Shown piece by piece: positions 1 to 8,608 of a stretch of 64,000 nt of DNA. A program made the translations under genes and the position numbers. Within the stretch, counting starts at the first letter, position 1, and every line of letters begins with the position of its first letter. Location: the NCBI GenBank assembly GCA_963709585.1, contig CAVPXI010000014.1, forward strand, positions 32,001 through 96,000, in the 5' to 3' direction. The notes under the pieces were generated by a model that had not been told where the DNA came from, made no database searches, and was given only the letters and a program-made list of their open reading frames with translations. Origin of the DNA: Candidatus Dormiibacterota bacterium (lineage in GTDB: Bacteria > Chloroflexota > Dormibacteria > Aeolococcales > Aeolococcaceae).

Positions 1-158
1 GCGATGGCCTGCAACGCCACCACCCCGGCGGCGAGCAATAGATACACGCGCACTGTCGCGAGGACGTGGGGGCGGAACAGCCCGATGATGGCAGCGATCG
101 CACCGCCGAGGGCCAGGATGGTGACGATGAACCCGAGCCGATCGTGGATGAAGAGCAC
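1..158 (-). CDS. Small membrane protein, partial (runs off the window edge)
   Basis: Manual translation from GTG at 158: MLFIHDRLGFIVTILALGGAIAAIIGLFRPHVLATVRVYLLLAAGVVALQAI; two hydrophobic helices; directly downstream of the 167..736 gene. Confidence 0.55.
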   Translation of the reverse strand, partial: MLFIHDRLGFIVTILALGGAIAAIIGLFRPHVLATVRVYLLLAAGVVALQAI

Positions 159-166
159 CGGGGCTC

Positions 167-736
167 TCAGCGCAGGAACGCGATCATGCAGCTTCGCGGC
201 AGCGTGCGGTACAAGCTCGCCAGGATGCTGGGAGGAGGGGTCATGTACGTGTGCGTGAGGAGACCCGTGTGGCGGCGCAACATTCGGCGCCAGTCGCCGG
301 TATCAGCGCCACTCACCTCGATCGCTTCACCATCGCCGATGATGCCGAAGCGAGGCATGATCGCGGCTGCCACCACGTCGATCATCTCCCAGACCTCGTC
401 CTCCTCGGAGAGGACAGTCGTGAGCTCATCCCAGGCTGGCAATGTCACCGATACCTCGTCGTGCCCTCCGTCGCGGAGGTGATGCGCTTCGAGTTCGAGC
501 GTCGTGCCACGCCACAACATGCGCTGCGAATGGACGAGGGGGATACCGCGACCACTTCCCAGCGCGCGTGGACGTTCTGCGAGAGAGGCGCCTCCGGCAG
601 CCAGATCGGCGACCGCGCGCGACAGCGGCCAGGGATCACTATCGCGTACGACATCGCAGGCGAAACGCACGCATGTTGACCCGGTGGTCCCCAGGTGTAC
701 CGACCACGCAGGCAACGTCGCGGGCTGCGTGGTCAT
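167..736 (-). CDS. Hypothetical protein
   Basis: ORF 167..778; ATG at 736 overlaps the upstream stop (ATGA coupling). Confidence 0.6.
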   Translation of the reverse strand: MTTQPATLPAWSVHLGTTGSTCVRFACDVVRDSDPWPLSRAVADLAAGGASLAERPRALGSGRGIPLVHSQRMLWRGTTLELEAHHLRDGGHDEVSVTLPAWDELTTVLSEEDEVWEMIDVVAAAIMPRFGIIGDGEAIEVSGADTGDWRRMLRRHTGLLTHTYMTPPPSILASLYRTLPRSCMIAFLR

Positions 737-1386
737 GACGGCTGGGCCCGTGGCGGCGTGCACATCGTGACCCGCCATGACTGTGACGCGTCGGATAGGC
801 CACCACCGAAAGGAGCACGAATCGCGAAGAGATCGAACACGCCCCAGACGATCGTGGGTGTGGCACTGATGGGCGGATACACAAGCACAGCGGGCTGCGT
901 CTCTCCGGGATCGAGGTGCAGCGTGCAGTTCTGGTCGCTCGGCTCGAGGCTCAGGATGGCGAGGGGAAACATCGGGTGATAGAAATGGCTGAGCGGACCT
1001 GTGGCCGCGGCCTTCGGCGTGTAGTTGACGGCTACCTGCATCGCATTCAGCTGCGGGTCTGATCCTGCTGCACCGTTATTGCGCACCGCGACTCCGACGA
1101 AGGTGAAGTCGCCAAGCGGTTCCAGCGCCTTCCAATCGCTCGCATCCGTCCCGATGGTCTTGATCAGCCCCTTGCCTGATGCGCGGGACACCATGACGAC
1201 CGTCATCGGATCCGGGTTCCTGTAGATCCCGCCATCCGGGCTCGTGTTGATCGTGACATCCGCCAGCGCCTTGCCGCTCTGCGGAAGGCCGAGTGACGTC
1301 AGCGTCAGCGTTGGGGCCGGTCCCGCGCATGCCACCAATACGCTGAGGCAGAGCAGCGCGACAGCCGCAGGCCAGCGGGTGCTCAT
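733..1386 (-). CDS. Lipoprotein of unknown function
   Basis: C-terminal part of ORF 733..2349; starts MSTRWPAAVALLCLSVLVAC (signal peptide plus lipobox LVAC); ATGA overlap with the permease stop. Confidence 0.7.
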   Translation of the reverse strand: MSTRWPAAVALLCLSVLVACAGPAPTLTLTSLGLPQSGKALADVTINTSPDGGIYRNPDPMTVVMVSRASGKGLIKTIGTDASDWKALEPLGDFTFVGVAVRNNGAAGSDPQLNAMQVAVNYTPKAAATGPLSHFYHPMFPLAILSLEPSDQNCTLHLDPGETQPAVLVYPPISATPTIVWGVFDLFAIRAPFGGGLSDASQSWRVTMCTPPRAQPS

Positions 1387-2144
1387 CGACGTCGCAGCAC
1401 GATGCGGCCCAGGGTGACGATGATCGTCGCGCTCGTGATCATCGTCAGGCATGCAGCCACGATCGCTGTTCTGGCATCGAAGGCAGCGACGCCTCCCAGC
1501 GCGCCGGTGAACGCCGAATCCAGGTAGGTGAATGGATCCACCTGTGCCGCGATCCAACGCCAGCCGGCTCGAGGCACGCCGGTGAAGAGACCGCCGAAAA
1601 AGAGGAGCGGCGCGAGCAGCACCACCACATCGATCAGCACCTCCCCCGCTCCACCTCCAGCCGACGACACCACCGAGCCGAGCACGTTGGCCATGAACAG
1701 CACCGCGATCAGGATCACCACAAGCGCGAACGCACCCGGAGCAGTGACCGGCGCCAGCGCGAAGAGCACGATCAGGGTCGGCACCAGTTGGATCACGTCG
1801 ATGATCGTCGAGCCGGCGACCCAACTCAACATTGATCGACCCGGGGAGCGCGGGGTCACCGCGAGCCGGGCGAGCAATCCACTCTCGCGTGCCCTCGCAA
1901 TGCTGATCGCCGATCCCACGGCGCCGGTCATGGCGGTCAGGGTTGTGAGCAGCATCCCGGCCCAGAAGGTGGGAGCATGCCCGAGCAGGAGTGGCAGCGT
2001 CAGTACGAGCGGGATCGCCAGCTTCAACACCAGCGCACGTGGGCGGGCCACGGTGACGAGCAGTTCGCGAACGAACAGGCTTGCCGGCATCACGCGACGC
2101 CATGGGGCGATCGAACCCTGAACCGGAACAGCGGAACTGCTCAT
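1383..2144 (-). CDS. ABC-2 type transporter permease
   Basis: About 6 TM helices; ARESGLLARLAVTP and DPFTY ABC-2 motifs. Confidence 0.85.
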   Translation of the reverse strand: MSSSAVPVQGSIAPWRRVMPASLFVRELLVTVARPRALVLKLAIPLVLTLPLLLGHAPTFWAGMLLTTLTAMTGAVGSAISIARARESGLLARLAVTPRSPGRSMLSWVAGSTIIDVIQLVPTLIVLFALAPVTAPGAFALVVILIAVLFMANVLGSVVSSAGGGAGEVLIDVVVLLAPLLFFGGLFTGVPRAGWRWIAAQVDPFTYLDSAFTGALGGVAAFDARTAIVAACLTMITSATIIVTLGRIVLRRR

Positions 2145-3127
2145 CGTGGTGATACGCCGGCGTTGAAAGCCGATCCGGTGAGCTGACTGAAGGCGTCACT
2201 GAGATCGGGTCTACGGATCCGAACGGCGCGCACCCCTCCGGGCCACCCGTCGACGACGCGCACCACCGCAGCGAGCGCCGCGTCGTCGAGCAGGTCGACA
2301 GTGACAACGCCTCGGGCATACGCGGCGTTGTCGATGCCGAGGAGCACACTCAGGTCGTCCATCCGCGGTTCCGTGGTGCTGTCGATATCCAACTCCACGC
2401 GACGCGCTGTACCGACGCCGGCCAGCAATTGCTCTGGCGTGGCGTCTGCGAGCACGGTTCCTCCATCGAGAAAGATCACGCGGTCGCATGCCTCCGCCAC
2501 GAAGGCGCAGTCGTTGCTGGCGACCAGGGTCGCGCTTCCGCGGCGCGCGCGATTCATGAGCTCCTCGCCCAAGGCACTGATGCCTTCGGCATCCAGACCA
2601 GCAGTGGGTTCATCGAGGAGCGCGAGACGAGGCTCGTGCGCCAGCGCTTGCGCGAGCGCGAGCCGCCGGCGCATCCCGAACGAATACCCGGCAATCGGCT
2701 CGTCCGCAACCGCCGCGAGCCCGAACCGGCGCAGCGCATCCTCGACCAGATCGCCCGTGTTCTCGCGCGCCCACTGCCGGCACCAGAAGTACGTCGCCTG
2801 CCGTCCGGTGAGGCCGGGGTCGTCGAGCACCGCATCAGGAGCGAACCCGATCCAACGGCGGCCGTCACGCGGTCGCGCGGTCCCACACCAGCGCACGATG
2901 CCCCGGCGCGGCCGGGTCGATGTCGCGAGGATGCGCAACAGCGTTGTCTTGCCCGCGCCGTTTGCGCCCATGAGTGCCGTGCGCTCGCCTGGGGCGATGC
3001 AGAGATCGACGGGTCCGACGCCGCGACCATTGCGAAAACGATGCCCGACTCCGGCCGCGTCGAGGATCGGCGCGAGCCGGAGTGGCTGGCCCGGAGCGGT
3101 CTCGTCGACGCGTGGCTGCAGGATCAC
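2141..3127 (-). CDS. ABC transporter ATP-binding protein
   Basis: Walker A GANGAGKT, signature YSFGMRRR, Walker B LLDEP; likely start GTG at 3127. Confidence 0.9.
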   Translation of the reverse strand: MILQPRVDETAPGQPLRLAPILDAAGVGHRFRNGRGVGPVDLCIAPGERTALMGANGAGKTTLLRILATSTRPRRGIVRWCGTARPRDGRRWIGFAPDAVLDDPGLTGRQATYFWCRQWARENTGDLVEDALRRFGLAAVADEPIAGYSFGMRRRLALAQALAHEPRLALLDEPTAGLDAEGISALGEELMNRARRGSATLVASNDCAFVAEACDRVIFLDGGTVLADATPEQLLAGVGTARRVELDIDSTTEPRMDDLSVLLGIDNAAYARGVVTVDLLDDAALAAVVRVVDGWPGGVRAVRIRRPDLSDAFSQLTGSAFNAGVSPR

Positions 3128-3508
3128 AGCGCCGGCGCCAATGTGAGGAGTGTCGCGACCTGCGCCGCGACTTCGGTGGGTTTGAACGGCGTCCGGACGA
3201 GACCCGCGGCTCCCGCATGCATCGCCGGCTCGGCAAGCTGCGGCTGGCGGCCGTCGATGATCGCCAGCCATCCGGCGCTGAGACGGGCGGCCGATGGCAT
3301 TCGCACGATGCCCCGCAATCTGCAGGTCGATCAACCCGACGTCAATCGTGCCGGTGCCGATCGCGTCTTCAAGTGCCTGCGACGTGGCCACAGAAGTCAC
3401 GTCGTGTCCCTCGCGGGCGAGCTTGTGCGAGAGGATGCGCGCGACCGCTGGTTCAGGCGTCGCGATCACGATGCGCCGTTGCGCTCCCGGTCGGAGATCA
3501 GTCGACAT
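3124..3508 (-). CDS. Atypical response-regulator receiver domain protein (one frameshift near 3300)
   Basis: N-half RRIVIATPEP...LAREGHDV...GLIDLQ and C-half AGAAGLVRTPFKP lie in different frames; receiver fold with degenerate acidic pocket and Lys. Confidence 0.6.
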
Positions 3509-3962
3509 GCTGCGATCCCTCGCCACTCCACGCCAGGAGCGGCCATCCGTTCTCGTCGATGTCGCAGATGCGACACATCGCGCCTGCCACGCCGGCGCGC
3601 TCGAGCGACGCGCGTGCCTCGTCAGGTGTCGACTCGCACGATGCCATCAACGAATCGCCGTCCTGGGTGATCTCCCAGCCCAGTTCCTGAAGCACGCCGG
3701 CGGTCCAGCTGACCAGGCCGAGGCGGTTACGCAGACGCTCGCCGAGCGCGCTCACCGCCGCCGACGGGGTGATCACCGCGGCGTCGACGTCGATGCCTGG
3801 ATCCTCCACCCCCTCGAGCTCGTACAGTCGTCGCATCCACTGCGGCCACGGCGGTTCAACGACAGCGCGCAACTCCTCACTCGCAGATCGAAAGAGGTGG
3901 AGCCGCAGCGCCACATGTCCCGCCTCGGGTGTGAGGATGTCGGGCGCATGAGCGTCGCTCAT
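3498..3962 (-). CDS. Hypothetical protein
   Basis: 154-aa ORF translationally coupled within the operon. Confidence 0.65.
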   Translation of the reverse strand: MSDAHAPDILTPEAGHVALRLHLFRSASEELRAVVEPPWPQWMRRLYELEGVEDPGIDVDAAVITPSAAVSALGERLRNRLGLVSWTAGVLQELGWEITQDGDSLMASCESTPDEARASLERAGVAGAMCRICDIDENGWPLLAWSGEGSQHVD

Positions 3963-5386
3963 CCTGTGGAACCACCGAGCTGGCTCGGCTGCGAGTTGAT
4001 GATCTGCTGGTTGTTGATCGTCAACTCCCCACTGATGAGATAGGGCTGACGCGAGTTCTCGCGAATCACGCCCATCACGATCATCATCACGCTGACCACG
4101 ACGCCGAGCCCAAGCAGCAGCGCCTGGCTGCGCCGGCCGATCGCGCCCGGACGCATCTGTTCACGGCTCACCGCGCGAAGGTAGATCGTGAGCGCCCAAA
4201 GCCCGAGGAAGACCATCGCCATGAGCGCGCTCACCTTGTACGGGATGAAGTTACCAAGCGGGTTGAGGAGACCGCCGTCCCAGAAGGGCCGCGCCTCGTG
4301 CCAGGCGACGACATCCGCGTAGGTCGGAGCGAACCACGCCGGCAACGCCGCAAACATGGTGACGAGGAGGAGCACCAGCGCAAGCACTCCCTGGCGACGA
4401 TGATGTGGCGCACCGGACGCGCGCATCCGGCGCCAGAAGTAGGCACTGCCGAGCGTAAAGATCATGCCCAGCAATGTGATCTGGACGAGAAAGACATTGC
4501 TGAGATCGCCGAACATCATGTTGAACCACGCCGGATAGGCGTGCAGCTGGATCTCCTTGGCGTAGGAATACCCAAGCCACGGCTGCAGGAGCGTCACCCC
4601 GAACGCCCACATCGCGCCCCACTGGGCCGCCCAATCCCAGTAGCGCGCCTCACGCAGCTGGACCGGCTCGGCGACAGGCGCCTCGAGTGCCAGCGCGCCG
4701 ACCGATCGCACGGATCGGAGCGGTGCCTGCACGGCGGTGGTCCGCTCGATGTTGCGGTTCAGTCGCCAGTAGCGGAACGCTGCCCCAAATGCGAGGGCGG
4801 CGCCGGCCCACGCGATGTTGCCGACCGTGCGATGGATGGTGAGCGGGATCTCGGTCGGGTTGAGGACTTGATCGAGGAAGTTCGCATCGCCGCCGTTCGG
4901 GGTGAGCATGAACGACGCCACGGCGTCGATGAAGAACATCTGCCACCACTGGGCGAGGTTCAGCACGAAGAGCATGCCCAACCGAGCCGGCCGGTGGACC
5001 CGGAGCCGGTCCCAGTTCGCGTAGAGCGTGTAGAGCAGCACCACTTCGGCGAGAAACGTGAGCGCCTCGGCGAAGAACACCCAGAAGGTGATCTGCTGCA
5101 GCGCGACAAAGAATCGTCCCCAGATCGCTCCAAGGATGATCACCATGAAGAAGATCGCCACTGCGGCGCCGAAGCTGAAGATGTAGACCTCTGTCTTGAG
5201 GAGGCCGTGGCCGAGACGGTCGTGGCGCTCGTCGCCGCTCCGGCGGGCCATCCCGATCGCCTCGCTCACGATGGCGAGGGTCGTCGCGCCGATCAGGAAT
5301 GCGGCAATCTGGATGTGCAGGAGGATCACGACGGCAACGAGCACGCCGTTGGTCAGGAGGTCGCCGGGAATCGGATTCAGAGTCAT
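3959..5386 (-). CDS. Cytochrome bd-type oxidase subunit I (CydA)-like protein lacking a Q-loop
   Basis: LLHIQIA (His19-like), FAEALTFLAE (helix-3 glutamates), SFMLTP, TIHRTVGN (His186-like), C-terminal GVIRENSRQPY (E..RQP motif). Confidence 0.85.
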   Translation of the reverse strand: MTLNPIPGDLLTNGVLVAVVILLHIQIAAFLIGATTLAIVSEAIGMARRSGDERHDRLGHGLLKTEVYIFSFGAAVAIFFMVIILGAIWGRFFVALQQITFWVFFAEALTFLAEVVLLYTLYANWDRLRVHRPARLGMLFVLNLAQWWQMFFIDAVASFMLTPNGGDANFLDQVLNPTEIPLTIHRTVGNIAWAGAALAFGAAFRYWRLNRNIERTTAVQAPLRSVRSVGALALEAPVAEPVQLREARYWDWAAQWGAMWAFGVTLLQPWLGYSYAKEIQLHAYPAWFNMMFGDLSNVFLVQITLLGMIFTLGSAYFWRRMRASGAPHHRRQGVLALVLLLVTMFAALPAWFAPTYADVVAWHEARPFWDGGLLNPLGNFIPYKVSALMAMVFLGLWALTIYLRAVSREQMRPGAIGRRSQALLLGLGVVVSVMMIVMGVIRENSRQPYLISGELTINNQQIINSQPSQLGGSTG

Positions 5387-5396
5387 GGCCGCGGGT

Positions 5397-6575
5397 TCAC
5401 AGGCCGTACAGGCGATTCACGCCGAGTGTCGCCAGAAAGATCACCGCGAAGATGACGAAGATCGCCGGCACGAGGATCTCGGGTCTGCGCGTGGGTCGTC
5501 GCTCCGGTGATCGGTCCAGCACGGGCAGCAGGAACATCGCCGCGGCACCGCCTCCGACGATAATCAGTACGCCGATGGCAATCAGCGGGTCCTGCGGCGT
5601 CAGCACCAGGAACTGGTCGAGCGGAAGATAAAACCACTCGGGCGTGGGCACGTATGTGAGGGTCGCGGGGTTGGCGATCGTGTCGAGTGGTGCACCGCCA
5701 ATGCCGCCCATGATGAAGATGAACAGGATCAGCGCGGCGCTCACCAGCGTATCCTTGAAAAACTGATTCGGGAAGAAGTCAACGGTCTTGTTCGGTGCCG
5801 CATACCGCCGCTCGATACGCTTGGTGGGGTACGGCGGCTCCGCCGCGCGGATGCGCTCCGCGATCTCACGACTGGGATTGCCGGTGCTGGTGTCGTAGTT
5901 GACCCACGCGCCGAACTCGCCATGGCGCCGGAGCAGATAGATATGACCACCGATGAATGCGAAGAGCAGGAATGGAAGCACCCATATGTGAATCGCGAAC
6001 GTCCGCGTGAGCGTGATCGGCCCGACGAAGTCACTGCCTCGCCAGAGCTGCCGCAGACCGTTGCCGATAAACGGAACGTAGTGGAGGATGTTGGTGATGA
6101 CGGTCGCGGTCCAGTACGCGGCGTTGTCCCAAGGGAGCATCGCGCCGGTCGCAGCCAGACCGAGCACGAGAAAGAAAAGGATCACGCCGCTCATCCAGTT
6201 GAGCTCGCGCGGGCGCTTGTAGCTCGCGCTGAGAAACGTCCGCAGGGCGTGGAGCCCGATGACCAGGATCAGCGTGTATGCGCCCCAGAGGTGGAGTCCT
6301 CGAACCCACCCTCCGAAGGGATCGCTCGTCCGCAGGTAGTTGAGGCTCGACCATGCCTGCGTGACCGACGGAACGTAATCCAGCAGCAGAAAGATTCCGG
6401 TGAAGAGCTGCAGCAGGATGAGCACGAGTGTGGCGCTGCCAAGCGTGTACGCCCATCCGCCCTGTTTCGGGACGGCTTCGTACAGCCCCTTGTGGACGAG
6501 CCCCGTGAGGCCGGTGCGCTCGTCAAACCAGCGATACGCGGCCCGCGCGCGGCTCACCGGACTAGATCGATTCAT
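5397..6575 (-). CDS. Cytochrome b (fused b6/subunit IV-type) of a Rieske/cytochrome b complex
   Basis: Four heme His (GLHLWG...GLHALR; AIHIW...GGHIY), SYKRPRELNW, LPWD, Qo motif PEWF. Confidence 0.95.
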   Translation of the reverse strand: MNRSSPVSRARAAYRWFDERTGLTGLVHKGLYEAVPKQGGWAYTLGSATLVLILLQLFTGIFLLLDYVPSVTQAWSSLNYLRTSDPFGGWVRGLHLWGAYTLILVIGLHALRTFLSASYKRPRELNWMSGVILFFLVLGLAATGAMLPWDNAAYWTATVITNILHYVPFIGNGLRQLWRGSDFVGPITLTRTFAIHIWVLPFLLFAFIGGHIYLLRRHGEFGAWVNYDTSTGNPSREIAERIRAAEPPYPTKRIERRYAAPNKTVDFFPNQFFKDTLVSAALILFIFIMGGIGGAPLDTIANPATLTYVPTPEWFYLPLDQFLVLTPQDPLIAIGVLIIVGGGAAAMFLLPVLDRSPERRPTRRPEILVPAIFVIFAVIFLATLGVNRLYGL

Positions 6576-7062
6576 TGAGCTGGTTCTGCACCTCGATCAC
6601 CTCGCGGCCGGTCGTCGGATCGACACTCGTGCGGTGCACCCACTGCGCGAGCGGTTGTGGCGGAGGGCCGCCGATGTTGACACCGTCCATGTTGTAGAGG
6701 CCGCCGTGACACGGACAGAGGAACTGCTCGAGCTGCCCGTCCCAGTGCACGTCGCATTGCATGTGCGTGCAGATGTTGCTGAGTGTCAGCACACTGCCGT
6801 CTTCCTTGCGAACGACATAGACAACACGGTTGGTCGGCGGCGTTGGGAATCCCTGATCGCTCGGCATCGACGCAATCCGAGCCGTCGGCGTGTTGACTGG
6901 AATGCTCTCGATCGAGCCGATACTGACCCAGGCAAGTCGCCGCTTTGCGAAGAGCGGGCTCAGCACAAAGCCGACGGCGGGGATCGACAGCAAGGCTCCG
7001 ATGAGTCCCATGCCCATTCCGGTGCCGAGCACCATGAACTGACGTCGCGAGTACTTCCGCAT
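6562..7062 (-). CDS. Rieske [2Fe-2S] subunit
   Basis: Tat-like SRRQF plus TM anchor; CTHMQC and CPCHGG boxes; GGPPPQPL. Confidence 0.95.
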   Translation of the reverse strand: MRKYSRRQFMVLGTGMGMGLIGALLSIPAVGFVLSPLFAKRRLAWVSIGSIESIPVNTPTARIASMPSDQGFPTPPTNRVVYVVRKEDGSVLTLSNICTHMQCDVHWDGQLEQFLCPCHGGLYNMDGVNIGGPPPQPLAQWVHRTSVDPTTGREVIEVQNQLNESI

Positions 7063-7310
7063 CAGCCGCGTCCTCCTGTGGCGAGCAGGCCAATCACTGC
7101 AGCCAACGCGAGGCCGACCAGGACGAGCAGTCCGACGGTGCTCGCGGCGACGATGAGCAGGGCGGGGCCGTGGTCACCGGCGCGCCAGACGCGGGCGGCT
7201 CCGACCCATGCCCACGTAACACCGGTGAGCAACATCGCGAGCATCGCGATGAGGAGGATCGAGTAGTACCAGGCGGCCTGAAACTGCGCCGCCCGGATCT
7301 CGCCAATCAT
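7062..7310 (-). CDS. Small 2-TM membrane protein (possible accessory subunit)
   Basis: Two hydrophobic helices; stop overlaps the Rieske start. Confidence 0.6.
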   Translation of the reverse strand: MIGEIRAAQFQAAWYYSILLIAMLAMLLTGVTWAWVGAARVWRAGDHGPALLIVAASTVGLLVLVGLALAAVIGLLATGGRG

Positions 7311-7323
7311 CGCTGGCACTCGC

Positions 7324-8575
7324 TCACGGGTAGAGATCCGCCGGTGGTGTGAAGCGCTGCTGCGCCTGTGCCTGGGTCAGCACGCCGTAGACCGCGTAAT
7401 CGCCACGCGCGCCTTCCTTGATCACCCCCATCAGCAACGAGGTCAGGAGAGCGAACGATCCGACCAGCACCAAGACTGGTCGCAACAACCGCGAAGGCCG
7501 CGGCTGTGGCCGGACATCGGTTGGTCGCGTCCCACACGGGCGGACGCCGACGTCGCCAGAGATGGACTGCGGTTGCGATGATCGCGATGCCGATCCCGAC
7601 AAACCGGGCGCCCTCCCATGCAGACGGCAGGATCGCGTCCGGGAGCGACGCGAGGACCATCCCCGCCAGGGACGTCAGGGTCGCCGTTGCGGCGAGAGTC
7701 CGTGAGCGCTGTGCCGCGGGGCGCTCGAGCCAGAGCGCAACGTTGCCGCCGACCAGGATGATGCCAACGAAGACTTCCTGCACCACCATCAACCAGGCCG
7801 TGCCGCCGCTCACGAGGTTCGTGAAGAATCCCGGCTGGGCGCTCTGGAGTACGAAGCTCAGGATCAGACCCTCGATCGGCATGAGCAGTGCGAGCCCCAA
7901 GCCGATCCGTAGATTGAGATGGGCAGCCCAGCCCTGAAATGCGCGTTCCCCGGCATCGGCAGATCGGCGCAGCCGCACCGCCGCATAGGCCGCCAGAAAG
8001 AGCGCCGTCCACGAGATGTTGCCGATCAGGCGATGGACGAGCAACGGCCAGTACGCCGCATTGAGGGTCGCGTCCCACAGGCCTCCGTTGAACGGGGTGA
8101 TCAGGTACGCGTCAAGTCCAACGATCAGGAAGACGAAGAGGGTCTGCAGTCCGGCGACGACCGTGCCGAGGATGGCGTGCGTTCGCGGCGTGAGCCGCCC
8201 CCAGCTGTTCCGGTACCAGGTCAGCAGCGGGGCGATCAGAAAGAAGAGTCCGAACGCGAACGCGAGCAGCGGCAACAGCACGTTGAAGAGCTGGCCGAAC
8301 CCGTTACCCCAGAGGCCGATGAGAAGCACCACGGCAAAGACCGCGAGCGTTGCCCCAAGGCTGAACACGAAGTAGAAGCTGTTCACCGCCGAATGGGCGT
8401 ACCGCCACGGTCGAGGATCATGGGTCGCCAGCGCACGCCACTCCATGACGACGGCCAACGTGATCGCGCCCACCGAGAACTCAGCGACGGCAACGTGCAG
8501 CAGGAAGATGATCCCCACCGGAATGCTGTTGCCGAGCCAGGGAAATTGCGGCGGTGTGACCTGGAGGGCAAGCAT
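7324..8575 (-). CDS. Second CydA-like protein (CydA'-like; one frameshift near 7530)
   Basis: FLLHVAVAEF, AYLITP, LVHRLIGN; C-terminus GVIKEGARGDYAVYG in the next frame (ORF 7324..7602). Confidence 0.8.
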
Positions 8576-8608
8576 TCGATCAAGCTCCACGCCGCTTCCG
8601 ACCACCGT

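Noticed and set aside
2141-3526. Receiver-ABC ATPase fusion shown in the ORF track (and the 538-aa ORF 733..2349)
   Set aside because: Artefacts: a frameshift in the receiver gene runs into the ATPase frame, and the lipoprotein ORF is over-extended through the permease
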